From an uncultured Myxococcales bacterium (GTDB lineage Bacteria > Myxococcota > UBA727 > CAYLZW01), in assembly GCA_964388085.1 (NCBI GenBank), contig CAYLZW010000003.1:1279-65278 (forward strand): a stretch of 64,000 bases of DNA, read 5' to 3'. How positions within the stretch are numbered: the stretch's first letter is position 1; each line of letters opens with the position of its first letter. Below, piece after piece: positions 8,305 to 17,925 of this stretch. Below the pieces are notes generated by a model that was not told where the DNA came from, made no database searches, and saw only the letters and a program-made list of their open reading frames with translations. The position numbers were made by a program, and so were the translations under genes.

Positions 8305-10842
8305 TCAAGCGCTCGAGGTCCTCAGCGCGCTCAAGGTGCGCGCCGCGCTGCGCAGGGCGTCGGACGCGGCGGCGCCCTGCCGCTTCCCGCCCGCCCCGAT
8401 GCGGCCGTCGGGCATCGTGGACTCCTCTTCGTCGTCGTCCTCGAAGGCCGCGTGACGGCGCTCGCCGCGCGCCTCCTTCTCGTCGAGCACGTGCGCGCGA
8501 TACAGCTTGAGGGCCTGGCGCGTGCCGATGTCGGTGGTCGGGATCTGCGCGGCGAGCTCCTCCGCGTCGCGCAGCGTCTCGCGCGCCAGCGTCTTCGATC
8601 CTTGCGTGGCCTCGACGCACGCGCACTTCGCCAACGAGATGGCCGCGTCGGCCGTGTCCCCGGCGTTCTGCTGCAGCGTGGCGGCCAGGTCATATTGGAC
8701 CCTGGCGTCGTCGTGGCGACGCAGATGGAGCTGGGCATCGCCGAGGCGCGCGCGCGCGTGTCCTTCCGCGCGGCGGTCGAGCACCTCGCGATGGATGCGG
8801 ATGGCCTCCTCGCAGAGCGCCGCACAGTCGCGGTAGCGCTCCTGCTCGAAGCGGACGCGCGCGAGCTCGTTCAAGAGCAGGCCCTCGAAGCGGCGGTTTC
8901 CGACCTCGCGGTGGATCTGCAGCGCGCGCTCGAGCAGCGTCACGCCGCTTCGCTCCTTGCCGATGCCGAGCAGGAGCACCGCGAGCTCACCCACCGTGAT
9001 GCCCTCGTAGCGGCGGTCGCCCACCTCGCGATGGATCTCGATGGCGAGCTCGTAGCACTCGCGCGCGCTCTTCAGATCCCCGCGGCGACGGTGCAGGCCG
9101 GCGATGAAAGAGGTGCAGCGTCCCTCGAGCAGCCGCGCGCCCTGCTCGCGCATGAGCGGCAGCGCCTCGGCGTAGCGCGCCTCCGCCTGCTCGAGCTCGC
9201 CGGTGAAGAGGTGGTGCGTGCCGATGTTGCCGAGCGCGCGCGCTTGCCAGAGATCGCTGTCCGCTGCGCGCGCGAGCTCCAGCGCGCGCTCGAGATCGGC
9301 GAGGCTCTGCTCCAGCATGGCCCGCACTCGCCGGACGCGTCCGCGCGACTCGAGCGCGCGCGCGTGCAACAGCGGGTCGATGTTCAACACCTCGGCGGGC
9401 TCGAGCGCCATGTCGAGGAGCATCAGGTGCACCTGGAACGGACCGCGCGTGGCGAGCACCGGCTCGAGCGCGAGCAGCCCACGCAGCGCTCGTTCGACGT
9501 CGAGGAGGGTGAGCGGATCGGCCGCCAGAGACGTGCGCACCACCGCCATGAGGTTCTCGGCCTCTTGCTCGAGCTGACGTCGACGCAACACGCCGCCGTG
9601 CGTGTCGACCTCCTCGGCGAGCGCGCGCCCCACCTCGAGGAAGTACGCCGCGTGCCGGTTGCGCATGCGCACGAGGTGGCCTGAGCGGTGGAGCTGATCC
9701 TCGGCGAAGTCACGGATGGGCGCGTAGTGCGTGAGGCGCGAGCGCCCGATGGACAGGTGTGACGATCCGCGACGGAGCAGAGACTTGTCCTTGAGGCCCT
9801 TCAGCGCGAAGACAACGGGCGGCGCGTCGGGGAAGTCGGCCAGATCGAGCACCGCCTCCGCCGCCTCCGCCGTGAAGCCGCCCCGAAATACGGCGCTCTG
9901 CGCGAGCGCCGCTTGCTCCCAGGGCTTGAGCAGGCGCCAGGACCACTCGATCGTGCTCGTCAGCGTCGAGCGCCCGACGCGCTTGCCGTTACCGCGGTTC
10001 ACCGACGAGGACGACGTCCCGGAGGACGGCGTGCGCCGGGCGTTGGCGTCGACTCGCGCGCGCGGGCGCTCCTCGCGCTTCAGCAGCTCGACGCGGCTCG
10101 GCAGGCGCTCGAGCAGCTCCGCCGGAGAGAACGCCGCCAGGCGCGCCGCCGCGATCTCGATGGCGAGGGGGACGCCGCCCACGCGGCGCACGATCTCGGC
10201 CACGGCCGCTGCGTCCTCGCGCTTGAGGGTCCAGCCGCGCACGGCGTCGCGCGCGCGCTCCACGAACAGGCTGACGGCCTCGAGCCCGCTGATCTCGTCG
10301 AGGTGACGCGCGCTCTTGGCCGGCACCCGCAGCGGCCCGAGCTTGACCCGCACCTCCCGCTCGAGGCCGAGACCGCTCCGCCCTGTGACGAGAAACACCG
10401 CCTCGGGCGCGTGCTGCAGCCAGAGCTCGAGCAGCGGCGCGAGCGGGGTCGTCACGCGATCGGCGTTGTCGAGCACCAGCAGCAGAGGGCTCTTCTCGTC
10501 GAGGACGCCGGCGAGGCTGAGCGACGGGTCGACGCCGGGTGCGCCGGACAGATCCGTGTCGAGCGTCGCTGCCACCCGCTGCGTGACCTCGTCCACCGAG
10601 GCCGCGTCCGCGAGATCACAGAGGAACGCGCCGCCGCCCTCGCGCGCGTAGCGGGGCTCGTGTGCCGCGGCGTAGCGGTAGGCGACGCGTGACTTGCCGA
10701 TCCCCTCGGGCCCGAGGATCGTGAGCAGGCGCGCGCCGCCCTCGATGAGCTCGTGCAAGCGATCGAGCGCCTGCGTGCGCCCGACGAAGAGCCCGCTGTC
10801 GACCCACTTCTCGTGCTCGGCTGGTGATTCGTGCTCGGACAC
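8305..10842 (-). CDS. STAND-type AAA ATPase with TPR repeats and no obvious effector domain
   Basis: LFVGR, Walker A GPEGIGKS, Walker B LLLVLDN, GGVPLAIEIAA, then about 7 TPRs. Start re-called to about GTG 10842; the ORF extension lies antisense to the rhomboid gene. Confidence 0.85.
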   Translation of the reverse strand: MSEHESPAEHEKWVDSGLFVGRTQALDRLHELIEGGARLLTILGPEGIGKSRVAYRYAAAHEPRYAREGGGAFLCDLADAASVDEVTQRVAATLDTDLSGAPGVDPSLSLAGVLDEKSPLLLVLDNADRVTTPLAPLLELWLQHAPEAVFLVTGRSGLGLEREVRVKLGPLRVPAKSARHLDEISGLEAVSLFVERARDAVRGWTLKREDAAAVAEIVRRVGGVPLAIEIAAARLAAFSPAELLERLPSRVELLKREERPRARVDANARRTPSSGTSSSSVNRGNGKRVGRSTLTSTIEWSWRLLKPWEQAALAQSAVFRGGFTAEAAEAVLDLADFPDAPPVVFALKGLKDKSLLRRGSSHLSIGRSRLTHYAPIRDFAEDQLHRSGHLVRMRNRHAAYFLEVGRALAEEVDTHGGVLRRRQLEQEAENLMAVVRTSLAADPLTLLDVERALRGLLALEPVLATRGPFQVHLMLLDMALEPAEVLNIDPLLHARALESRGRVRRVRAMLEQSLADLERALELARAADSDLWQARALGNIGTHHLFTGELEQAEARYAEALPLMREQGARLLEGRCTSFIAGLHRRRGDLKSARECYELAIEIHREVGDRRYEGITVGELAVLLLGIGKERSGVTLLERALQIHREVGNRRFEGLLLNELARVRFEQERYRDCAALCEEAIRIHREVLDRRAEGHARARLGDAQLHLRRHDDARVQYDLAATLQQNAGDTADAAISLAKCACVEATQGSKTLARETLRDAEELAAQIPTTDIGTRQALKLYRAHVLDEKEARGERRHAAFEDDDEEESTMPDGRIGAGGKRQGAAASDALRSAARTLSALRTSSA

Positions 10843-11045
10843 GCGCTGGTCTCGTCTCCCTGCCGGCGGGCACTCATGACCGCGACGAACCGCGGACCAA
10901 CGCTCCAGCGACGGCCGAGAGGAGGGTACGTCGCGCTGCCGCTCGTCGATAGCGCCGGCCGCCATCGCCGTCGAGGGTACGCGCGCAGGGTGCGACAAGC
11001 GCGTACATATCGCTGAGCGCGTCTCCGGCCGCGCGGGAGCGCAGG

Positions 11046-11061
11046 TGTTAGCCTGGCGCCG
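11046..11061 (+). promoter_or_regulatory. Extended -10 element (TGtTAGCCT) 7 nt before the rhomboid ATG; candidate leaderless promoter
   Basis: TAGCCT at 11049-11054; no Shine-Dalgarno sequence. Confidence 0.5.
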
Positions 11062-12891
11062 ATGATCCGCGTGCGCGAAGGAGATGTGGAGACCCTCATC
11101 TCCATCGACGAGTTCGAGGCCCGGGCGCGCAGCGGCGAGATGTCTCCCTTCGCCTGGGTCTGCATCCCGACGCTGACCGGCGATCGCTTCGTGCAAGCGC
11201 GCGAGCTGTCGCTCTTCGTCGCGCTCTACGATCCGCGCCGGCTGCACTTTCGTCGTCACTTCGCGCTCGGGCGGCTGCCGCTCGTCACCGGCCTCGTCGC
11301 CGCGCTCTGCGTCGCGCTGTTCCTCATCTCGCGCCACCTCGGCGATGGCGTCGTCACCCGCGAGGTGCTGCTCGATCTCGGCGCCAAGGCGAGGGCGCGC
11401 ATCCTCGAGGACGGCGAGGCCTGGCGCCTGTTGGCCGCGAACCTCTTGCACCGGGACATCGTGCACCTGTCTTTCAACCTCTTCGCGCTGCTGAACATCG
11501 GCACCGTGCTCGAGGGCGTGTATCGCCGCGGCGACTACGTGCTCGTCCTCGTCGTCTCGGGGCTCTGCACCATGGCGACCAGCGCGGTCATGAGCGGGCC
11601 CGTCACCGTCGGCGCCTCCGGCCTCGTGTTCGGTTGCCTCGGCTGCGCCGTCGTGTTCGGCTGGCGCTACGGGGACGTGCTGCCGCTGCGCTACCGCACG
11701 TACTTCGGCGTCGTCGTTGTGGGTTACGCCGCGGCCATGTTCTATCTCGGGCTCCGGAGCCCGAGCACCGACAACTGGGGGCACGCGGGCGGGCTGCTCG
11801 CGGGCTTCGTCCTCGGGGGCGTGCTCACCCCTCGGCTCATGCGCCTCACCGACGAGCCGCGCGAGCCGTTGCGCGAGCTCGTTCGCCCCTTCGTGCTCGC
11901 CGCCCTCGTGCCGCTGGCGCTCCTCCTCGTCGGGCCGCTGCTGCCCCGCTGGTTCGTGCACATGACGCCCTACACCGTGGAGGCCTTCGGCGTCGTGCTG
12001 GAGCGCCCCGCGCACTGGACCAAGGCCAAGGACCCGCTCGGCTTCCTCACCTTCGGCAACGGCGTCGACGCGTTCGCGTCGCTCGGCTGCGCTGATCGTC
12101 GAGGGCCGAGCCGACTCGACGAGGCCGCCGAGCGCTTCGTCGGCACGGAGCTCGTTGGCCTCTCGCGCGGTGGTCACATCGGCGACCTGAACGTCTCCGA
12201 GCCGGTGCCGTCGGCGGTCGGCAGCGGCGCGCACACCGAGCCCGCCGTGCGCGTCCACTTCTCGTTCATGGCCAGCGACGGGCCGCTCGAGGCGGACGCG
12301 CTGCTGTTCTCCCGCGGTCAGCTCGAGTGCGCGCTCGTGCTCGCGGCGCGCCCGACGGCCAGCCCCACGGCGAGCGTGCGCCTCGACGACATCCGCGCGC
12401 GCCTGCGCTTTGTGCCGACGCGCGCCGAGGTGCTCGCGAAGCGCAACGTCAGCGGACGGCCGTCGTCATCGGCGGCGTGGCTCGATCTCGCCTTCGCGCA
12501 CCAGCGCGGCGGGGCCATTGCGGAGGCGCGCGCCGCGTTCGAAGAGGCCGAGCGGCTCAGCGCCGCCGAATCCTCGGAGACGAGCCGCAGGATCGGCCAG
12601 ATTCAGCTCGCGCTCGCCACGCTGGAGCTCGGCTTCGCGGGCAACGCGGAGGCCGCGGCGCAGCACGCCGAGCGCGCGGTCACCCTGACCGGCGGGGACC
12701 GCGACGCCACGCTGGTGTTGCTCGAGGCGCTGCTCGAGCAGGGGGAGCTCGAGCGGGCGCGCGCGCACCTCGCCGCGGCGCGGGAGCGGCTCGGCGCAGA
12801 CGCGGACCTCGACGCGCTCGAGAAGCGGATCGTGGCCGCGGAGGCGGCGCACGAGCGTGGCCACCACGACGCGAGCGAGCCCAGCCCTTGA
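11062..12891 (+). CDS. Rhomboid intramembrane serine protease with GYF_2-like N-terminus and C-terminal TPR region
   Basis: HRDIVHLSFN, TVGASGLVFG (catalytic Ser) and NWGHAGG (catalytic His); TPR-like helices from about aa 470. Confidence 0.9.
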   Translation: MIRVREGDVETLISIDEFEARARSGEMSPFAWVCIPTLTGDRFVQARELSLFVALYDPRRLHFRRHFALGRLPLVTGLVAALCVALFLISRHLGDGVVTREVLLDLGAKARARILEDGEAWRLLAANLLHRDIVHLSFNLFALLNIGTVLEGVYRRGDYVLVLVVSGLCTMATSAVMSGPVTVGASGLVFGCLGCAVVFGWRYGDVLPLRYRTYFGVVVVGYAAAMFYLGLRSPSTDNWGHAGGLLAGFVLGGVLTPRLMRLTDEPREPLRELVRPFVLAALVPLALLLVGPLLPRWFVHMTPYTVEAFGVVLERPAHWTKAKDPLGFLTFGNGVDAFASLGCADRRGPSRLDEAAERFVGTELVGLSRGGHIGDLNVSEPVPSAVGSGAHTEPAVRVHFSFMASDGPLEADALLFSRGQLECALVLAARPTASPTASVRLDDIRARLRFVPTRAEVLAKRNVSGRPSSSAAWLDLAFAHQRGGAIAEARAAFEEAERLSAAESSETSRRIGQIQLALATLELGFAGNAEAAAQHAERAVTLTGGDRDATLVLLEALLEQGELERARAHLAAARERLGADADLDALEKRIVAAEAAHERGHHDASEPSP

Positions 12892-14234
12892 GCTGGCTAG
12901 GCGCCACGCGCGCGATCCTGGCCTTGTTGCTCGTCGTGGCGGCCGGCTCGTGGATGGGGGCGCTGTTCGCCTCGTCGAGATCCGCGAGCCCCGCGCTGCT
13001 GGTCTATGCGGAGCCTGTCGGTCTACGCGGCGCGAGCTTCCCGCTGCGCGTCGTCGCCGTGTGGCCGAGCGAGAAGCGCCGCGCGGCCTTCCGCGGTGTC
13101 GTGGTACCGCCGGCGGGGGAGCCGGTGCCGCTCGTCGACGGAGTCGCTCGTTTGACGCTGCCGTCCGACGGTGACGCGCTTACGCTGCGCATCGAGGGCG
13201 ACGCAGACGGCGTCCCGGCGAGCACGAGCGTCACCGTCGCGCTGCGAGCTTCGCTGCCCGCCGCGCCGCTCCCGCGCTACCAGCCGTGGACGGCGGAGCT
13301 CGCGTCCGGCAGCGTCGAGGATCGCGCGCAAGCACCGGTGTATCCGGCCGCTGGGCGCCAGCCGGCCATGCTGCCGGGAGAGGTCGTCGTCGTCAGCGAC
13401 GCCGGCATCGAGCTGGTCGCGCTGGTGCCGAACGCGGCCGGGACCCGCCTCCCCGACGGGAGGGCGCTGCGCCTCGACAAGAGCGGCGTCGTGATCGAGG
13501 TCCCGCCGGTGCTGACGCGCGGCCAGGCGCTCGACGTCGTCGTCCGCAGCGCCGGCCCGGAGCGCCTTCACCTCGATCTCGTCGTCAACGGCGGCGTTCG
13601 CGACATGCGCATCCTCGAGGTCGGCAGCGACCCGGCGACGCTGAAGCTCCCGCTGCCGGAGGACGCCCGTGCGGGGTGGTTCGCGGTCCACGCGGCGACC
13701 TCACCGCTCGGCAACGCGCGCGGCGCGGTGGCGCTCGGGCTGCTCGTCGACGAAGAGCTGGCGCTGTCGCCCCGCGCGCTCATCCGGCGGCTGGCGGCGC
13801 ACCCCTCCTTTCAGGCGGCGAACGATCCGCTGCTCGCGCGCCTTTGGAGCTCAGCCACGACGCCGCCGCCGGTGCCGAGCGAGACCTTCCTGCGGGCGCT
13901 CCTCGCTCGCCTGCACGTCGACCACGTGCGGGCGGCGAACCTGGCGCCTTCGGTCTCGTCGCAGGCGGCGCTCGCCGACGAGGTGCGCCGAGAGAGCGCC
14001 GCGCGCTTCCGGCTGCCTTTCCGCGTGGCCGGCGGCCTCTTTGCGCTGCTCGCCGCCGTGGTCGCGCTCCGCTCGGTCCTCGCCAACCAGCGCTGGCGCG
14101 CCGAGAGCGACGGGGCCGGTGGCCGCCAGCTCGCGCCCGCCGCCTGGTCCCTGCTGGCGTTCGCGGTGTCGCTGTCGGCGCTGTGGGTGCTCGACTGGGT
14201 GATCGGCCTCATGCTGAACAGCCCCCCTTTGTGA
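12888..14234 (+). CDS. Hypothetical membrane protein (N-terminal anchor, beta-rich middle resembling macroglobulin MG domains, C-terminal TM pair)
   Basis: TTG 12888 overlaps the rhomboid TGA; hydrophobic ends. The MG-domain resemblance is by eye only. Confidence 0.6.
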   Translation: MSWLGATRAILALLLVVAAGSWMGALFASSRSASPALLVYAEPVGLRGASFPLRVVAVWPSEKRRAAFRGVVVPPAGEPVPLVDGVARLTLPSDGDALTLRIEGDADGVPASTSVTVALRASLPAAPLPRYQPWTAELASGSVEDRAQAPVYPAAGRQPAMLPGEVVVVSDAGIELVALVPNAAGTRLPDGRALRLDKSGVVIEVPPVLTRGQALDVVVRSAGPERLHLDLVVNGGVRDMRILEVGSDPATLKLPLPEDARAGWFAVHAATSPLGNARGAVALGLLVDEELALSPRALIRRLAAHPSFQAANDPLLARLWSSATTPPPVPSETFLRALLARLHVDHVRAANLAPSVSSQAALADEVRRESAARFRLPFRVAGGLFALLAAVVALRSVLANQRWRAESDGAGGRQLAPAAWSLLAFAVSLSALWVLDWVIGLMLNSPPL

Positions 14235-14318
14235 CGAGGAGGATCCCGCTCGGTGCAGAGAAGGAGACGAAGTGTCGCTCGTTCCGGCGCCTGGCCCGCG
14301 CGCGCGCGGCGGGTAGGG

Positions 14319-14331
14319 TAGGCTCCGCGCC
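14319..14331 (+). promoter_or_regulatory. -10 element TAGGCT 7 nt before the kinase ATG; candidate leaderless promoter
   Basis: TAGGCT at 14319-14324, then ccgcgcc ATG; no SD. Confidence 0.5.
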
Positions 14332-17300
14332 ATGCAGGTCGGCGACATCGTCGATGGCCGCTTTCGGCTGCTCGAGCTCCTCGGCGAAGGAGCAGCGGGA
14401 AAGGTGTTCCGTGCGGAGGACCTCGGCCGCAACAACATGTTCGTCGCCCTGAAGATGCTGCACGCGAAGGACCCGCGCTGGGAGAACTTCTTCCGTCGCG
14501 AGTTCGACGTGCTCTCGAAGCTGCACCACCCAAACCTCGTCAGCGTGTACGACTTCGGCCCCGCGCCCGAGGAGAACACCTTCTATTTCACGCAAGAGCT
14601 CGTCGTCGGGAAGCCGCTGCTCGACATCGTCGCCGGCAAGAAGATCGACGAGGTGGCCGCGCTCTTCATCGAGATCTGCCGCGCCCTCGAGTTCATCCAC
14701 GGACACGGCGTGCTGCACCGCGACCTCAAGCCCGCGAACATCCTCGTGCAGATGCACGCCGAGCCGGGCGAGCGCGTGCGCGTGCTCGACTTCGGCCTCT
14801 GGCGCGAGCTCGATCCGACGCCCCAGAAGGGCGCGCGCTGGGCGGGGACGCCGCCGTACCTCGCGTCCGAGGTGCTGCGCGGGTACGGGCACTCCATCAG
14901 CGCCGACCTGTACGCGGTCGGCGTGACGCTGTTTCAGGCGGTGACGCGCAAGCTGCCGCACGGGCGCGGCACGCCACAGGAGCTCTTGGCGGCGCGCAAG
15001 GCGGCGGCGCCCGACCTCGTCGGCGTGGTCTCGCGCCCCATCGCCGAGCTGGTGGGGCGGCTGCTCGACGAGGAGCCGAAGAAGCGGCCGGCGACGGCGG
15101 CCGAGGTGGCGGCGTCCCTCTCCGTCGTCGTGCCGCATCACACGCTGGCCATGCCCATTACGCTCGGTCGCGCGCGCCTCGTCGGCCGGGAGCAGGAGCA
15201 GGCGCAGCTGCTGCAAGCGCTCGGCGCGGTGCGCGAGCGACGGCCGGAGGCGCCGCGGCTCATCGTCGTCGAGGGAGACGACGGCGTCGGCAAGTCCCGG
15301 CTCGCGAACGAGATGAAGGCGACCGTCCAGCTCGAGGGCGGGCGCAGCGCGGTGGGTCGCTGCATGGAGGACGTGCGCTGGAGCTATCGGCCCATCGCCG
15401 ACCTCGTGCGCGCGATGACGCCGGTGGCCGCGCGCGCGACCTTCAGCGAGCGCGAGAAGCAGGTCGTCGAGCGCCTCTGCCCGGAGATGGGCGACGAGCC
15501 GGCCGACCTCTCGAACCCGCTGCCGCGGCACGAGCGCGAGCGCTTTCACCAGATGGCGACCGAGCTGTTCTTGAACCTCGGCGCTGCCAAGCCGTGCGTC
15601 CTCGTCATCGAGGACATCTCCTACTGCGACGCAGGCAGCGCCGCGCTGCTCTCGGCGGTGCTGCGCCGGGCGAAGGAGGCGCAGGTCCTCGTCGTCGTCA
15701 CCGCGGGACCGGCGGCCACGCACGGGCCGGTGCCGCGGGAGCTCATCGAGGCGGCGGGCCGAGACGTGTTGCGCATCCCGCTGATGCCGCTGCCGCGAGA
15801 GGGGGTCGGCCGCCTCATCGCCGCGCTGCTCGGCGTCGCCGAGGTGCCGGACGCGCTCACGGACACCGTGGCCGCGCACTCGAAGGGCAACCCGCTGCTC
15901 GTCGAGGAGCTGGTGGCGCTGTTCATCGATCGAGGAGAGATCAAGCGGGGCGAGCGCGGCTGGGCGCTCGACGAGTTCGACACGGCGGCCGCCGCTCCGA
16001 CGGCGCTGCTCGAGGTGCTGTCCGAGCGCGTCGCGCGCCTCGGCGAGAACGAGCGTCGTTCGCTCTCGGCGCTCGCCGTCTTCAACCGCCCCTCGGGGCC
16101 GAAGCTGCTCTCGGCCATCGGCGGCATCACGCGCGCGGAGGTGCGCCAGGCGCTCTCCAGCGCGGAGTCGCAGGGGCTCATTCGCGTCGTCGGCGAGGAG
16201 GAGGGGCGGCCGCGTGTCGTGTTCCGTCACCCTCAGATCCGCGACGTGCTGCTCGAGGATCTGCGGCGCGGCGGCGTGCTGAAGATGTGGCACCACACGG
16301 CGGCCGAGGTGCTCGAGGAGCGCAGCGAGGAGCGGGGCGGCGCCGACGCCATCGCCGAGACGCTCGCGCACCACTACGAGCAGGCGGGCATGGCCGAGCC
16401 GGCGCTGCGCTGGCTGATCCGCGCCGCCGAGCACGCGCTGCAGTCGTTCGGCTTCGACGACGCCATCAACCTCGCGCGTCGCGCGTCGCGGCTGCTCTTG
16501 AAGGCGCGCGCCGACATCGAGACGGTGGTCACCTGCGATCTGCTCGTCGCCAAGGGGCTCTTGTTCTCGGGGCGCATCCCCGAGGCGCGCGCGTTCCTCG
16601 AGGGCGCGGTGGCGCGCGCCGACGCCGTGCAGGCGCCGGAGGCCTTCGGGGAGCTGCACGTGTGGCTCGGGCGCGCGTGCAACCAGATGGGCGCCGTCGA
16701 GCAGGGCGCGCGCTCGACCGATCGCGCCCTCGAGCTGTTGTCGAGAGAGGAGCACCCGCTCGCGTACGCGCGTCTCCTGCTCGCGAAGGGGGAGCTGAAC
16801 CAGCGGGTCGATCCGGCGAACGCGCTCACCGACACCGAGACGGCGCTGCGCCTCATGCCCGAGCCGCGCGACGTCGGCGACGAGCTGAACGCCTTCGAGG
16901 TGCTCACGGTAGCCGCCTACTACGCGGGCGATCGGGAGCGGAGCATCAAGTACGCGCGGCATCGCGTGAAGCTGTCGGACCGGGCGGCCCGTCCGCTCGA
17001 GAAGATCACGGCGCTCCGGCAGCTCGCTACCGCGCTCGGCGTCACCGGGCAGCGCCTCGACGCGCGCAAGCACTTGAACAGCGCCCTCAAGCTCGCGCAG
17101 GACTCCGGCTACAAGGTCGAGGAGGCGCTGCTGGTCAAGGCCCTCGGCGACCAGCTCTTCGTGTCCGGGCAGTACAAGGAGGCCATCGTCCGCTTCCAGC
17201 AGGCGGCCAAGCTGTCGGCGCAGATGGGCCAGCAAGCGGACCGCGCCGACGCGCTCAAGTACCTCGGCGAGTGTTACCTCGCGAAGGGCGAGTACGATCG

Positions 17301-17829
17301 CGCCATCGATCACCTGAAGGCCGCGCTCGACGCCTTCGATCGCTCGGGTCAGCTCGCGAACGTCGTCGCCGCGCGCTGCTATCTAGCGAACGCGTACATC
17401 GCCAAGAACGCCCTCGACGACGCTGAGCAGGTGCTCCGCGTGGCGGCCAAGCGCCTGCCCGCCGACGGGCTCGCGAACGCGCGCGCCGAGGTCTATTGCT
17501 CGCAAGGCAATCTGTTCTCCGCGCGGAACGATTTCAAGCGCGGCCGCATCGCCTACCTGCACGCCATCGCGCTCTGCCGCAGCTCGCACGACAAGTTCTC
17601 GCTCGGCGAGGCCACCGTCGGCTACGGGCAGTTGCTGCTTCGCTTCAAGAAGCCTGGACGAGCCCTGCGCATGGCCAAGCGCGCGGAGACCATCTTCATC
17701 GACCTCGACGCCCGCGGACAGATGAAGCGCTTGAAGCCGCTCTTGAACGCCGCCGAGGGGCTCGCGCCGGGCGCCGCTCCAGCGAAGAAGGGCAAGGCCA
17801 CGCCGCGAAAGAGCCGCGCCGCGCCCTGA
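14332..17829 (+). CDS. Hanks-type Ser/Thr kinase fused to AAA ATPase and TPR domains
   Basis: GEGAAG, VALK, HRDLKPAN, DFG, GTPPYLASE; Walker A GDDGVGKS; Walker B VLVIED; C-terminal TPRs. Confidence 0.93.
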   Translation: MQVGDIVDGRFRLLELLGEGAAGKVFRAEDLGRNNMFVALKMLHAKDPRWENFFRREFDVLSKLHHPNLVSVYDFGPAPEENTFYFTQELVVGKPLLDIVAGKKIDEVAALFIEICRALEFIHGHGVLHRDLKPANILVQMHAEPGERVRVLDFGLWRELDPTPQKGARWAGTPPYLASEVLRGYGHSISADLYAVGVTLFQAVTRKLPHGRGTPQELLAARKAAAPDLVGVVSRPIAELVGRLLDEEPKKRPATAAEVAASLSVVVPHHTLAMPITLGRARLVGREQEQAQLLQALGAVRERRPEAPRLIVVEGDDGVGKSRLANEMKATVQLEGGRSAVGRCMEDVRWSYRPIADLVRAMTPVAARATFSEREKQVVERLCPEMGDEPADLSNPLPRHERERFHQMATELFLNLGAAKPCVLVIEDISYCDAGSAALLSAVLRRAKEAQVLVVVTAGPAATHGPVPRELIEAAGRDVLRIPLMPLPREGVGRLIAALLGVAEVPDALTDTVAAHSKGNPLLVEELVALFIDRGEIKRGERGWALDEFDTAAAAPTALLEVLSERVARLGENERRSLSALAVFNRPSGPKLLSAIGGITRAEVRQALSSAESQGLIRVVGEEEGRPRVVFRHPQIRDVLLEDLRRGGVLKMWHHTAAEVLEERSEERGGADAIAETLAHHYEQAGMAEPALRWLIRAAEHALQSFGFDDAINLARRASRLLLKARADIETVVTCDLLVAKGLLFSGRIPEARAFLEGAVARADAVQAPEAFGELHVWLGRACNQMGAVEQGARSTDRALELLSREEHPLAYARLLLAKGELNQRVDPANALTDTETALRLMPEPRDVGDELNAFEVLTVAAYYAGDRERSIKYARHRVKLSDRAARPLEKITALRQLATALGVTGQRLDARKHLNSALKLAQDSGYKVEEALLVKALGDQLFVSGQYKEAIVRFQQAAKLSAQMGQQADRADALKYLGECYLAKGEYDRAIDHLKAALDAFDRSGQLANVVAARCYLANAYIAKNALDDAEQVLRVAAKRLPADGLANARAEVYCSQGNLFSARNDFKRGRIAYLHAIALCRSSHDKFSLGEATVGYGQLLLRFKKPGRALRMAKRAETIFIDLDARGQMKRLKPLLNAAEGLAPGAAPAKKGKATPRKSRAAP

Positions 17830-17925
17830 GCTCCCGAGAGAGGCCGGTGCTCCTCGCCCCCCACGGGGCACGAGCGCGTCGCCCGGTCCTGACGCGCAGG
17901 CGGCGAGGCGCTATCTCTCCAGGCC

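Noticed and set aside
10843-12258. N-terminal extension making the STAND protein 1317 aa
   Set aside because: It is antisense to the rhomboid gene; recognisable sequence begins only near 10842.
11062-12891. Rhomboid as the sortase for the MYXO-CTERM proteins in this window
   Set aside because: Rhombosortases process GlyGly-CTERM tails; MYXO-CTERM processing is attributed to a CAAX-type myxosortase. No linkage evidence here.
14209-17313. 1034-aa minus-strand ORF, and similar long ORFs (e.g. 8452-9684, 38374-41205, 41931-45755, 45911-49093, 51829-54921)
   Set aside because: They lie antisense to motif-supported genes and have no recognisable motifs. High GC3 coding suppresses stops on the opposite strand, so these are shadow ORFs.
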